64,000 nt of DNA. Source: Candidatus Marinacidobacterales bacterium (GTDB lineage Bacteria > Acidobacteriota > Vicinamibacteria > Marinacidobacterales > SMYC01). Below the pieces are notes generated by a model. The model made no database searches. It was not told the DNA's origin and saw nothing but the letters and a program-made list of their open reading frames with translations. The stretch covers positions 2,464,001 to 2,528,000 of the forward strand of contig OZ250169.1 in the NCBI GenBank assembly GCA_965237955.1, read 5' to 3'. The number at the start of each line of letters is the position of its first letter. Within the stretch, counting starts at the first letter, position 1. Below are positions 19,570-29,762 of the stretch, one piece after another. The position numbers were made by a program, and so were the translations under genes.

Positions 19570-19898
19570 AGCGGCTTGTTGGCCCGGCGTGGCCGACGCC
19601 TCTCTCGGTAGTAGCGAACGATCTCGTCCTGCGGAACGTATTTGAAAGAACTGGCGAGCAAAGCCCTCAGCGGGGCTACCGTTGGATTCCTAGAATTCCA
19701 CGTAAACACCCGAGCGTTTCCGACGGGGCGACTTGTGAGCACGTTTCCGTCTTCGAACTTCTTGAGCTGCTTTTGCACCATCGACTGAGGAATTTCGAAG
19801 GTCTTTGCGATAGCACTGGCGTAGCCCTCCCCGTAGTTCTCGAGGTACATCAGAACCTTGGCTGCAGTGCTGCCACCGAAAAGAGTCTCCAGTACCAT
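19566..19898 (-). CDS. winged-helix (ArsR-like) DNA-binding protein
   Basis: LETLFGGSTAAKVL..YASAIAKTF..VQKQLKKFEDGNVL..GNARVFTWN. Confidence 0.8.
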   Translation of the reverse strand: MVLETLFGGSTAAKVLMYLENYGEGYASAIAKTFEIPQSMVQKQLKKFEDGNVLTSRPVGNARVFTWNSRNPTVAPLRALLASSFKYVPQDEIVRYYRERRRPRRANKPL

Positions 19899-19912
19899 TG
19901 AGGAGATTATAT

Positions 19913-19969
19913 CACCTATTTTAGGTGTGAATCAACCTATTTTAAGTTTGAACAAGCCTACTTTAGATG
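19913..19969. promoter_or_regulatory. three phased palindromic operator-like sites upstream of the wHTH gene
   Basis: CACCTATTTTAGGTG (19913), AACCTATTTTAAGTT (19934) and AGCCTACTTTAGATG (19955), with a 21-bp period. Confidence 0.7.
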
Positions 19970-20039
19970 GTGTCTGCCTCTCCAATTTTCAAAAGAGATA
20001 CCCGCGAAGACGCAAACGGTGCGCCGGAAAGAAGCGAGG

Positions 20040-20215
20040 CTCCGACTGAGCTCGTGGGAACTCGCGTAGGGAACTACCGCGTCACCGAGAAACTCGCCCG
20101 CGGAGGCATGGGCGAGGTCAGTGCCTGTAAGCGTCTCGGCGAGCACGCACTCGAGCACGACAAGGCGGCACGCCGTTTCCTGCGCGAGGTGCGAGCCGCC
20201 ATGGAGCTTCTTTGA
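20040..20215 (+). pseudogene. Ser/Thr kinase N-lobe remnant
   Basis: LVGTRVGNYRVTEKLARGGMGEV..ARRFLREVRAA. Confidence 0.7.
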
Positions 20216-20421
20216 ACTCCACCTCGGGCCTCCAACCGGCGGACGAAGAGGTTCATCGCCAGGCCAACCGCCACGCTGTGTCGCCTACCCTTCGGACTCA
20301 TCTCGCGGATCACCCCCCAGATCGGCTCGACGCGCTCGGCAGGACCGAACACGCCAGCTTCGCCCATCCGGTGATACTCCTCCACCGTGAAGTTGCGCTG
20401 GCCCTCGATGACTTCCGTCAT
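20212..20421 (-). pseudogene. Uma2 (DUF820) family endonuclease, 5' remnant
   Basis: FTVEEYHRMGEAGVF..ERVE..G.IREMSPKG.RH. The PD-(D/E)xK core is missing. Confidence 0.8.
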
Positions 20422-20459
20422 GCGCCTGTCTTACCTCTAATCGACGGGCACGAGCCGTG

Positions 20460-21647
20460 TCAGCTCTTGTCGCGCTCTTTGAAGACTTCCGTCGCGGGTT
20501 GTTTCAACGTATCGGAGCTCAGGTCGACGAGATCGGAGAGCGGCACGGGCTTGCTGTAGAGATAGCCTTGGGCGAGCGTGAAACCCATCATGGTGCACAC
20601 GCCAGCTTCCTTCTCGGTTTCGATCCCTTCGGCGATCGGCTGGGCGCCGACTTCGCGAGCAGCGGCCATGAGCATGGCTAGCAGCCGGCGCTTCGAGCTC
20701 GACGCATCCACGAGATTCTTGACGAGGCTGATATCGAACTTGAGATAGTCGGGCGGGACCTCGGCGAGCTGCAGGAAACGCTCTCCCAAACCGAAGTCGT
20801 CGAGCGCGAGACGGATCTCGAGTTTGTCGAGCTCTTTCTCGAGCTCGGCGATGACTTGAGGCTTGGCGAGAGCGCCTTCGTGAATCTCGAGGGCGAGCTC
20901 GATCTTGGGAACGATGTCGCGCACTTCCTGCAACGACTTCACGAGCTCGGGCTCGCCGATCTCGTTGGGATGGGTGTTGAGAAACAGAAGCGGCAGCTCG
21001 TCTTCCGCCTTGCTTGCAAGTAGCGCCGCCTTCTTCCGAAAGAGGCGGCTGAGCTCGGCCTCGCGATCGGTCGTCTCGGCGATGCGAAAAAGTCCGATCG
21101 GATTTCTTGGCAGGTCGCCGTGGAGACCCCGGCCGAGACATTCGTAAGCCAGCACTTCACCGGCCGGCAGGGACACGACGGACTGGAACACTACCGTCAC
21201 CATCTCGCGCTCGAGGAGCTCGGCCATCTCGCGAGTGCCGCCAATGAACTGTTGGGGCAGCTCGAGTCGTGACAAAGCCAGAGTGCCGGCGTCGCCGTCT
21301 TCCGTGGGCGCCTCACTGGCGCTTCTGCCGAGCCGGAACTCGATCTCGGCGAAGTGCAGAATGTCGCCCTCCTGGAGCGGCACAGCATCCTCGACGCGCC
21401 GGCGGTTCACGAACGTCCCGTTTGTGCTCCCGAGGTCCTTCAACGTCAGGGCGTCGTTGTCGAGGTGGAGCTCCGCGTGGTGTTTCGAAACGGACTGGAA
21501 CGGGAGCGTCAGCTCGAGCTCGTCGACACGGCCGATGCGGAACGGGAGGTTCTGGATCGGGACTTTCTCGAGACTCCGGCCGCCGTCGGCAGTGCTCTCG
21601 AGGCACCACCCCGTCGCGCGCTTGTACTGCGCAGAGGATTCCACCAT
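20460..21647 (-). CDS. FHA + EAL domain protein (putative c-di-GMP phosphodiesterase)
   Basis: FHA motifs IGR, VSKHHA and DLGSTNGTFVN. EAL motifs YECLGR, FLN, LEIHE, LDDFG, LKFD, AEGIET and QGY. Confidence 0.9.
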   Translation of the reverse strand: MVESSAQYKRATGWCLESTADGGRSLEKVPIQNLPFRIGRVDELELTLPFQSVSKHHAELHLDNDALTLKDLGSTNGTFVNRRRVEDAVPLQEGDILHFAEIEFRLGRSASEAPTEDGDAGTLALSRLELPQQFIGGTREMAELLEREMVTVVFQSVVSLPAGEVLAYECLGRGLHGDLPRNPIGLFRIAETTDREAELSRLFRKKAALLASKAEDELPLLFLNTHPNEIGEPELVKSLQEVRDIVPKIELALEIHEGALAKPQVIAELEKELDKLEIRLALDDFGLGERFLQLAEVPPDYLKFDISLVKNLVDASSSKRRLLAMLMAAAREVGAQPIAEGIETEKEAGVCTMMGFTLAQGYLYSKPVPLSDLVDLSSDTLKQPATEVFKERDKS

Positions 21648-21785
21648 GGTTGGCCCGAACCGCCATGCCCTGCCGGCCGAGAGCCTGACCCCAGAGGCGA
21701 GATTTCCCAGCCTTCGGCAGAAGTCGGCGATGTGCGAGATCGCCTTCCAGTATGGGGTACAGCGCGGAATCACGCTAGTGGGTTC

Positions 21786-22040
21786 CTAGAACTCGTCGTC
21801 GAGCGCATCGTCGTTATCCAGCGCATCCAGACAGAAGCCGACGAGCGCGGCGTGATCTTCTGCAGTTCTCAGGGCTTTGAGGGCCCCCTCGAGATTCTCG
21901 AGGAGGTGTTGCTCCTCTTCGCTGGGAGGACGATCGAGCGTTATCATCTCGACTTCCTTCTGGAGGCGTCGGAGCTCGTAGCCGACCTTCGCTAGCTGAA
22001 TTTGGATATCACCTCGAATCTGGAGCTTCGAGCCAGCCAT
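21786..22040 (-). CDS. hypothetical protein (84 aa, helical)
   Basis: AAAGGAG RBS before the ATG and protein-like composition. Confidence 0.6.
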   Translation of the reverse strand: MAGSKLQIRGDIQIQLAKVGYELRRLQKEVEMITLDRPPSEEEQHLLENLEGALKALRTAEDHAALVGFCLDALDNDDALDDEF

Positions 22041-22502
22041 GCGGTTTCTCCTTTCGTCGGTGAAACGTCATCGGCGGCGCGCGTTGGTAATGAGGTAATC
22101 CAAGAGCACGTTGGACATCACCCGCATCCCAATGCGCGCCGTAAAGACTCTCTCACCGGCCCGCGCGCTTGGGATCCGAGCCCTTCAAATAGTCCTCGTA
22201 GCTCTCCGCTTCGGCCCAATAACAAAAATCACTTCGAACGTCGAGGTATTCCGCTTGCTCGTCCATCGGAATCCAATTATATAGAATCCCGATAAGCCGT
22301 TGATTTTGAACGAAACGTCCTCACGGGCGGTCCATTGCGATCTTTTTTCGATTGTGCCAAAATCGCAAGGTTATGCCGAAATCGGAGGCCTGTTGCTTTT
22401 GGGCGGTCTCTCATCGCCGGTTTCCGTCCGCGATTCGAACCTGAGCTCTTTCGTCGAGTTGACACTCTCATAGGTCACACTGTCGGGACTCGTCCGTAAG
22501 CA

Positions 22503-23876
22503 ATGTCTGTACACAGGTCGAAAAAGGGACTCGATCTTCCGATTCTCGGCGAGCCTGCGCGCGGCATCGAAGACCACGATGCACCGCACCGCGTAGCCGT
22601 CCTCGGCGCCGACTACCCCGGCCTCCGCCCCACGATGCACGTGAAAGTAGGCGATGACGTTCGCCGCGGTCAACTCCTCATCGAAGACAAGAAGTTGCCC
22701 GGGGTGCGGTTCACGTCGCCGGGCTCCGGCAAGGTCGTGGCGGTGCATCGCGGCGAGCGGCGGGCCTTCCTCTCGCTCGTCATCGAGCTGTCGAGCGCAG
22801 ATAAGACCGGGCGCGTCGGCGCAGCGGATCAAGTCTCCTTCAGCTCGTTCTCGGGAAGCCATCCCAATACGCTGACGCGCGACGACGTGCGCGCGCTCCT
22901 CGTGGAATCCGGTCAGTGGACGGCACTGCGCGCCAGGCCATTCTCTCGCGTGGCGAACCCGGCCACGACGCCGCATTCGATCTTCGTCACCGCGATGGAC
23001 ACGAACCCGCTCGCGCCTCACGTCGAGGACGTTCTCGAAGGGCGTCAGGTTGATTTCGAGCGCGGCCTCATGGTGCTCACCAAGCTCACCGAGGGCCCGG
23101 TGTATGTGTGCACGGCAGACGAGTCCAGCCCTCCTGTGCCCGAGCCCTGTCGCCGCGAAGTCTTCGAAGGGCCACATCCCGCCGGCACCGCCGGCTACCA
23201 CATCCACCGGCTCGACGCCGTCGATCGCAACAAGGTCGTGTGGCACATCAACTACCAGGACGTTCTGGCGGTCGGAGCGCTCTTCGACAAAGGGGAGCTG
23301 CATCTGGAGCGGGTCCTTGCCCTGGCCGGACCCGCGGTCACAAGGCCGCGGCAAATCCGATCGCGTGTCGGCGCGTCGCTCGACGACATGGTCGAAGGTG
23401 AGCTCGCCGCGGGCGAGAACCGCGTCGTCTCGGGCTCGGTGCTCTCGGGGCGAAAGGCCATGGGCGACGAGCTCGGATACCTCGGCCGCTATCACCTGCA
23501 AGTCTCCGTCATCCGCGAAGGACGCGAGCGCGAGTTTCTCGGGTGGCTCGCCCCCGGCGCCAATGTGTTTTCGGTCAAGCGGGCATTTCTATCGACGCTC
23601 TTGCCCGGCAAGAAGTTCGCGTTCTCGACGTCGACGAACGGCTCAACCCGAGCGATCGTTCCCATCGGCTCTTATGAGAAAGTGATGCCGATGGACATTC
23701 TGCCGACGTTTCTCCTCCGAGCCCTCGTCATGGGTGATGTGGAACGCGCCGAGCGGCTCGGCTGTCTCGAGCTCGACGAAGAAGACGTAGCACTTTGTAG
23801 CTTCGTGTGTCCCGGCAAGGTCGACTACGGCGTGCGTCTGCGCAACGCGCTCACTATTATCGAGAAAGAGGGCTAA
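22503..23876 (+). CDS. nqrA: Na+-translocating NADH:quinone reductase subunit A
   Basis: [25 protein letters not shown] and [16 protein letters not shown] motifs. Confidence 0.96.
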   Translation: MSVHRSKKGLDLPILGEPARGIEDHDAPHRVAVLGADYPGLRPTMHVKVGDDVRRGQLLIEDKKLPGVRFTSPGSGKVVAVHRGERRAFLSLVIELSSADKTGRVGAADQVSFSSFSGSHPNTLTRDDVRALLVESGQWTALRARPFSRVANPATTPHSIFVTAMDTNPLAPHVEDVLEGRQVDFERGLMVLTKLTEGPVYVCTADESSPPVPEPCRREVFEGPHPAGTAGYHIHRLDAVDRNKVVWHINYQDVLAVGALFDKGELHLERVLALAGPAVTRPRQIRSRVGASLDDMVEGELAAGENRVVSGSVLSGRKAMGDELGYLGRYHLQVSVIREGREREFLGWLAPGANVFSVKRAFLSTLLPGKKFAFSTSTNGSTRAIVPIGSYEKVMPMDILPTFLLRALVMGDVERAERLGCLELDEEDVALCSFVCPGKVDYGVRLRNALTIIEKEG

Positions 23877-23879
23877 GGC

Positions 23880-25103
23880 TTGACGCGTTTTCTCAGAGCT
23901 CTTCTCAAAAAGCAAGAGAAGCTCTTCTCCGGAAAGCTCGAACGTCTCTATCCGCTTCACGAAGCGGGCGATACCTTCTTGTTCACACCGGGAGACGTCA
24001 CCAAGAACCCGTCGCATGTCCGGGATGCGCTCGATCTCAAGCGCACCATGATCGTCGTCGTCATAGCACTCGCCGGGTGCATTTTCATGGCGTGCTACAA
24101 CACCGGCTATCAAGCGAACCTGGCCATTGCGACCGGCGCGGCGGCGCTCGACACCTGGCGCACCGCGCTCATGGCGACGATGGGCTTGCCGTTCGACCCG
24201 GCGAGTTTTCTCGCGTGCTTCGTTCATGGCGCGCTCTACTACGTACCGGTGTTGATAGTGACGCTCGCGGTGGGTGGATTGTGGGAAGCCCTCTTCGCGG
24301 TCGTCCGTCGCCACGAGATCAACGAAGGTTTCCTGGTCACGTGGATGCTTTTCCCACTCATCTTGCCGCCGACCGTGCCGCTTTGGCAGGTAGCGCTCGG
24401 GATAACGTTCGGCGTCGTCGTCGGGAAGGAAGTTTTCGGAGGAACCGGGTACAACATCCTCAACCCGGCGTTGGTCGCACGGGCGTTCGTGTTCTTCGCC
24501 TATCCCGCCCAGCTTTCAGGTGACAAGGTGTGGATCGCCGCGGCGACTTCGACCGATGGCGTTAGTGGCGCCACCTGGCTCGCGAGTGCGGCGCTCGAAG
24601 GCCAGGCGGCGGTCGATGCGGGCGTCACCTGGTGGCAAGCGTTCGTAGGTCTCGTCCCCGGCTCGATGGGCGAGACCTCGGCGCTCGCATGTCTCGCGGG
24701 GGCGTTCCTGCTCGTCATCACCGGCATCGGCTCGTGGCGCATTGTCGCGAGCGTGGCCGTTGGCACCATCGCCGCGGCTTCCCTTCTGAACGCAGTGGGC
24801 TCGACGACGAATCCATTTTTCGACGTGCCCTTTTGGTGGCATTTCGTGCTCGGAGGGTGGGCGTTTGGTACTGTCTATATGGCGACCGAGCCGGTGACGT
24901 CACCCGGCACGAATTCCGGGCGTGTGATTTACGGGTTTCTCATCGGCGTGCTCGTGGTGTTGATCCGCGTCGTGAACCCGGCCTATCTCGAGGGCATGAT
25001 GCTTGCGATCCTGTTCATGAACGTCTTTGCCCCAGTGATCGACCATTTCGCGATTGTCGCAAACGTCAAGCGCCGCCAGGCTCGCTACGCTAACATTCAT
25101 TAG
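23880..25103 (+). CDS. nqrB: Na+-NQR subunit B
   Basis: [28 protein letters not shown] and the SGAT FMN site. Confidence 0.96.
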   Translation: MTRFLRALLKKQEKLFSGKLERLYPLHEAGDTFLFTPGDVTKNPSHVRDALDLKRTMIVVVIALAGCIFMACYNTGYQANLAIATGAAALDTWRTALMATMGLPFDPASFLACFVHGALYYVPVLIVTLAVGGLWEALFAVVRRHEINEGFLVTWMLFPLILPPTVPLWQVALGITFGVVVGKEVFGGTGYNILNPALVARAFVFFAYPAQLSGDKVWIAAATSTDGVSGATWLASAALEGQAAVDAGVTWWQAFVGLVPGSMGETSALACLAGAFLLVITGIGSWRIVASVAVGTIAAASLLNAVGSTTNPFFDVPFWWHFVLGGWAFGTVYMATEPVTSPGTNSGRVIYGFLIGVLVVLIRVVNPAYLEGMMLAILFMNVFAPVIDHFAIVANVKRRQARYANIH

Positions 25104-25114
25104 AGGGTTGGCCT

Positions 25115-25897
25115 ATGCAGAGAAGCGCGTCCTATTCGATTCTGTTCGCCGCCGCCGTCTGCCTCGTGTGCGCGGTATTCGTGTCCGTATCGGCGGTGTC
25201 GCTCAAAACCCGTCAGGACGATAACGCCTTTCTCGACAAGCAGAGAAACGTCCTGGTTGCCGCGGGGCTCGCGAGCGAAGACGAAGTCCTGACGAGAGAA
25301 CAAATCCAGGAGCGGTTCGGGCCGATCGAGTCCGTCGTCGTCGATCTTCAGTCCGGAGAGGAGCGCTTCGACGTCGACCCCGAAACCTTCGATCAGAGGC
25401 AAGCGACATCCGACCCCCAGACGTCGCGAGCGATGCCCAATAACACCGCGGGCATCCAGCGGGTTCCGAATCAGGCGCTCGTGTACCGACTGGTGGAGAA
25501 CGACGAGCTCGGGCTCGTGATCCTTCCCATCGAAGGCAAAGGGCTCTGGTCGACGCTCTACGGGTTTATCGCCCTCGATGCTGATCTCGAGACCATCCGG
25601 GGCATTACGTTCTATGAGCACAAGGAAACGCCCGGACTCGGAGGCGAAGTGGACAACCCTCGATGGAAGGCGCTGTGGCCGGGCCGACGGGCATTTGGTG
25701 AAGGCAGTGAACGGACCCCGCGCATCGAGGTCATTCGAGGGCAGGCGGGGCCGCCTGCCGAGGATCCCTACCGCGTCGATGGTCTCTCCGGCGCAACGAT
25801 GACGAGCCGCGGCGTGGGACGTCTCGTTCGTTTTTGGCTCGGCGACAAGGGTTTTGCGCCCTACCTGGACACACTACGGAAAGGGAGTCGAGGCTGA
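25115..25897 (+). CDS. nqrC: Na+-NQR subunit C
   Basis: [19 protein letters not shown] and [11 protein letters not shown] motifs. Confidence 0.96.
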   Translation: MQRSASYSILFAAAVCLVCAVFVSVSAVSLKTRQDDNAFLDKQRNVLVAAGLASEDEVLTREQIQERFGPIESVVVDLQSGEERFDVDPETFDQRQATSDPQTSRAMPNNTAGIQRVPNQALVYRLVENDELGLVILPIEGKGLWSTLYGFIALDADLETIRGITFYEHKETPGLGGEVDNPRWKALWPGRRAFGEGSERTPRIEVIRGQAGPPAEDPYRVDGLSGATMTSRGVGRLVRFWLGDKGFAPYLDTLRKGSRG

Positions 25898-26520
25898 TGG
25901 CAAACCCGGCACGAGAAGCGTTGCTCGACCCGCTTTTCAACAACAACCCGATTGCCCTGCAGGTTCTGGGCATTTGCTCGGCCCTGGCGGTGACGACGAA
26001 GATGGACACGGCGGTGGTGATGAGCATCGCCGTGATCGCCGTCCTGACGTTCTCGAATTTCTTCGTGAGCCTGATCCGCAACCAGATCCCGACCAACATC
26101 CGCATCATTATTCAGCTCACCATCATCGCATCGCTCGTGATCGTCACCGATCAGATCCTGAAAGCGTACGTCTACGAGATTTCGAAACAGCTCTCGGTGT
26201 TCGTGGGTCTCATCATTACCAACTGCATCATCATGGGCCGGGCGGAGGCGTTTGCGATGCAGAACCCGCCGGCGCTCAGTATCGTCGATGGACTCGGTAA
26301 CGGCCTCGGCTACGCGCTCATATTAATGATGACGGCGGCTATCCGTGAAGTGTTCGGCTCGGGCAACTTCTTCGGCATCCCGGTGCTGCCGGTCGTGAGC
26401 GAGGGCGGTTGGTACACGCCGAACGGGTTACTGGTGCTATCGCCGGGAGCGTTTTTCATCATTGGGTTTTTCATCTGGGCCCTGAGAGTCTGGAAACCCG
26501 AGCAGGTCGAAGCGGAATAG
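25897..26520 (+). CDS. nqrD: Na+-NQR subunit D
   Basis: [18 protein letters not shown] and [11 protein letters not shown] motifs. Confidence 0.96.
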   Translation: MANPAREALLDPLFNNNPIALQVLGICSALAVTTKMDTAVVMSIAVIAVLTFSNFFVSLIRNQIPTNIRIIIQLTIIASLVIVTDQILKAYVYEISKQLSVFVGLIITNCIIMGRAEAFAMQNPPALSIVDGLGNGLGYALILMMTAAIREVFGSGNFFGIPVLPVVSEGGWYTPNGLLVLSPGAFFIIGFFIWALRVWKPEQVEAE

Positions 26521-26539
26521 AGCCATGCGATCGAATGTA

Positions 26540-26569
26540 GCCATCGGCCATCAGCCATCAGCCATCAGC
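26540..26569. repeat. heptamer tandem repeat (GCCATCR)x4
   Basis: gccatcg gccatca gccatca gccatca gc between nqrD and nqrE. Confidence 0.85.
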
Positions 26570-26586
26570 GCGGGGAGGATTCATTA

Positions 26587-27204
26587 ATGCTGGAAAGCTA
26601 TTTGAATCTTGCAGTGAAGGCGATCTTCGTCGAGAACATGGCACTCGCTTTTTTTCTCGGCATGTGCTCGTTCGTGGCCGTCTCGCGCAAAGTCGAGACC
26701 GCCATCGGGCTCGGTAGCGCGGTCGTGTTCGTCCTGACCGTGACCGTCCCGCTCAACAATCTCGTCTACACGTATCTATTGAAACCGGGCGCGCTCGCTT
26801 GGCTCGACCCCGGCCTCGCCGATCAAGACCTGACGTTTCTCGGGTTTCTCACTTACATCGGGACGATCGCCGCGATGGTGCAAATCGTCGAGATGACGCT
26901 CGATCGGTTCTTCCCCGCACTCTACAACGCGCTCGGTGTCTTCTTGCCGCTCATCGCCGTGAACTGCGCGATCCTGGGCGCGTCGCTTTTCATGGTCGAG
27001 CGGAACTACGGCTTCGGCGAAAGCGTCGTCTTCGGTTTCGGCTCGGGTGTGGGATGGGCCCTCGCGATTGTCGCTCTTGCGGGCATTCGCGAGCGGTTGC
27101 GCTACAGCAATATTCCGGCAGGGCTCCGCGGTCTCGGGATTACCTTCCTTCTCACCGGGCTCATGGCGATGGGCTTCATGGCGTTCGCGGGAATTCAACT
27201 CTAG
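26587..27204 (+). CDS. nqrE: Na+-NQR subunit E
   Basis: [14 protein letters not shown] and [11 protein letters not shown] motifs. Confidence 0.96.
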   Translation: MLESYLNLAVKAIFVENMALAFFLGMCSFVAVSRKVETAIGLGSAVVFVLTVTVPLNNLVYTYLLKPGALAWLDPGLADQDLTFLGFLTYIGTIAAMVQIVEMTLDRFFPALYNALGVFLPLIAVNCAILGASLFMVERNYGFGESVVFGFGSGVGWALAIVALAGIRERLRYSNIPAGLRGLGITFLLTGLMAMGFMAFAGIQL

Positions 27205-27207
27205 ATC

Positions 27208-28437
27208 ATGATCACAGTCGGGCTCGGGGTGTTTATGTTCACGAGCGTGATCGTGACTCTGGTCGTGGTGCTCATGCTTGCTCGTCGCGAGCTCGTTGCC
27301 ACCGGCGAGGTCACCATCACCGTGAACGACGATCCGGACAAAGCGCTGACCACGGCGGCGGGCGGAACGCTTCTGGGAACGCTTTCGGCCAATCGCATCT
27401 TCATTCCGTCGGCTTGCGGCGGGAAGGGCACCTGCGGCGTGTGCACGGTGAAAGTGCTCGATGGCGGCGGCGCGATGCTCCCTACGGAGACCAGCCACAT
27501 CAACCGCGACGAAGCACGCGAGGGCATCCGTCTATCGTGTCAGGTCAAGGTCAAGCAGGACATCAAGATCGATCTTCCGCCCGAAGTCTTCAACGTTCGG
27601 AAGTGGAAGTGCAAAGTTCGATCGAACAAGAACGTGGCGACGTTCATCAAGGAGCTCGTGCTCGAGCTTCCCGCCGGCGAAGAAGTACCGTTTCGCGCCG
27701 GTGGTTACATTCAAATCGAGCGCCCGGCGGGAACGGTCGAGTACAAGAACTTCGACATCGAAGACGAGTATCGCGACGACTGGGACAAGTTCAACCTGTG
27801 GCGCTACGTGTCGACGGCGGAACCCGGGGACGAGGTCGTCCGCGCGTTCTCCATGGCCAATTATCCCGAGGAGAAGGGGATCATCATGCTGAACATACGC
27901 ATCGCGTCGCCACCGCCGCGGATGCCCGACGTTCCGCCCGGCAAGATGTCATCGTACACCTTCGATTTGAAGCCGGGAGACGAGGTCACGATCTCGGGAC
28001 CGTACGGCGAGTTCTTCGCCAAGGACACCGATGCGGAGATGATTTATATCGGCGGCGGCGCCGGCATGGCGCCGATGCGCTCGCACATCTTCGATCTTTT
28101 CAATCGGGTTCATACGAAACGCAAGGTTTCGTTCTGGTACGGTGCGCGGAGCCTTCGTGAAGGATTCTACGACGACGACTTCAACAAGATCGCTTCCGAC
28201 AACGACAACTTCGCATGGCACCTCGCGCTTTCCGAGCCGCTTCCCGAAGACAACTGGACGGGATATAAGGGATTCATCCACCAGGTGCTCTACGATCATT
28301 ATTTGAAGGATCACGATAGCCCAGAGGACGTGGAGTACTACATCTGCGGTCCGCCCCTCATGCTCAAGGCGTGTTTCGATATGCTCGACAGCCTCGGTGT
28401 GGAGCCTGAGAACATTCTGTATGATGATTTTGGTTGA
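27208..28437 (+). CDS. nqrF: Na+-NQR subunit F
   Basis: [12 protein letters not shown] 2Fe-2S motif, [15 protein letters not shown] and C-terminal DDFG. Confidence 0.97.
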   Translation: MITVGLGVFMFTSVIVTLVVVLMLARRELVATGEVTITVNDDPDKALTTAAGGTLLGTLSANRIFIPSACGGKGTCGVCTVKVLDGGGAMLPTETSHINRDEAREGIRLSCQVKVKQDIKIDLPPEVFNVRKWKCKVRSNKNVATFIKELVLELPAGEEVPFRAGGYIQIERPAGTVEYKNFDIEDEYRDDWDKFNLWRYVSTAEPGDEVVRAFSMANYPEEKGIIMLNIRIASPPPRMPDVPPGKMSSYTFDLKPGDEVTISGPYGEFFAKDTDAEMIYIGGGAGMAPMRSHIFDLFNRVHTKRKVSFWYGARSLREGFYDDDFNKIASDNDNFAWHLALSEPLPEDNWTGYKGFIHQVLYDHYLKDHDSPEDVEYYICGPPLMLKACFDMLDSLGVEPENILYDDFG

Positions 28438-28440
28438 TGG

Positions 28441-28470
28441 GCCATCAGCCATCGGCCGTCAGCCATCAGC
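28441..28470. repeat. heptamer tandem repeat (GCCRTCR)x4
   Basis: gccatca gccatcg gccgtca gccatca gc between nqrF and apbE. Confidence 0.85.
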
Positions 28471-28472
28471 GC

Positions 28473-29525
28473 ATGAGCGTTCGTATTCTTTTTGTCGCAG
28501 CTGCGCTTTCCGCTAGTGCTTGCCAGTCGGGAAGCTCCCCTGAGACGGTTCGGTTCGAGGGGGAGACGATGGGCACCACCTACTTGGTGCAGGTGTCGGA
28601 TCCTCTTTCGGAGAGCGAGCGCATCGCCGTTTCGAGGGCGATTCAAGAAACGCTCGATGACGTGAATCAGACGATGTCGACGTATGTGTCGGATTCAGAG
28701 GTCTCCCAGTTCAATCGAGCGGCCGTCGGTGTTGTGGTTCTGCTGTCGATACACGGGTTCGAAGTTTTCCGCGAGGCCGCGCGCGTCAGCGAGCTCACCG
28801 ACGGTGCGTTCGATGTTACCGTCGCGCCGCTGGTGCGGCTTTGGGGCTTTGGCGCGGGGGCATCTACGAATGGTACGAATCGGCACGTTCCATCGGAGGA
28901 AGCAATAGCGGCGGCACGCGAGCGGGTTGGCTTTCGCCACGTCGTGCTCAGCGACGACCCACCGTCGGTGACCAAAGACGAGGACGGCGTCGAGTGCGAT
29001 CTTTCCGCCATCGCCAAAGGCTACGGCGTCGACCTGGTGGCCGAGCTGCTCAGACGGCGAGGGTCGAAGAACTTCATGGTCGAAGTCGGGGGCGAAGTGC
29101 GAACCTCGGGCAAGAACGCGACCGGCGAGGCATGGCGTATCGGCATCGAAAAGCCGCTCCGGCCTCTCGCGCCTCTCCGGGAAGCCCGCGCCCTCCAGCG
29201 AACGCTTCCTCTGAGTGGACTCTCGTTGGCGACTTCGGGGGACTATCGCAATTTCTACGAGGCGGACGGCCAGCTCTACTCCCATCTCATCGATCCCAGA
29301 GAGGGCCGACCGGTGTCGCACGCATTGACGTCGGTTAGCGTCGTGGACCATACCTGTATGCGAGCCGACGCCTTGGCGTCCGGGCTTCTCGTGTTGGGAC
29401 CCGAGGCGGGGTACGAGCTCGCGGTTCGAGAGGACCTCGCAGTGTTGTTCCTCATCCGCACCGATGACGGCGGAATCGAAGAGCGGCCCACGCCGTCGTT
29501 CGAAGCGCTATTTCTTCTGGAATAG
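28473..29525 (+). CDS. apbE: FAD:protein FMN transferase
   Basis: Lipobox, TMGTTY, DLSAIAKGYGVD, ATSGDYR and HLIDP motifs. Confidence 0.95.
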   Translation: MSVRILFVAAALSASACQSGSSPETVRFEGETMGTTYLVQVSDPLSESERIAVSRAIQETLDDVNQTMSTYVSDSEVSQFNRAAVGVVVLLSIHGFEVFREAARVSELTDGAFDVTVAPLVRLWGFGAGASTNGTNRHVPSEEAIAAARERVGFRHVVLSDDPPSVTKDEDGVECDLSAIAKGYGVDLVAELLRRRGSKNFMVEVGGEVRTSGKNATGEAWRIGIEKPLRPLAPLREARALQRTLPLSGLSLATSGDYRNFYEADGQLYSHLIDPREGRPVSHALTSVSVVDHTCMRADALASGLLVLGPEAGYELAVREDLAVLFLIRTDDGGIEERPTPSFEALFLLE

Positions 29526-29529
29526 CGGC

Positions 29530-29703
29530 ATGAAGATCTTCCTTCTCGTCCTCGGCTTCATGGCACTCGCGGTGCTCGCGATGGCCGTGGGAGTGATCTT
29601 CAAACGGCCGTGCCTGCGTGGCTCGTGCGGTGGCCCGGCTGTCATGGGCGGCGACGGCGAGCCGATATCCTGCGCCGCCTGCCCGAACCGCAACAAAGCC
29701 TGA
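29530..29703 (+). CDS. nqrM: Na+-NQR maturation factor NqrM-like small protein
   Basis: One TM helix, then LRGSCGG..CAAC, directly after apbE. Confidence 0.8.
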   Translation: MKIFLLVLGFMALAVLAMAVGVIFKRPCLRGSCGGPAVMGGDGEPISCAACPNRNKA

Positions 29704-29762
29704 GCGCCGCGCCTCGAGGTGGGCGTGCGCGGCAAGAGATAGTGTATGGTTTCCAGGTGAGC

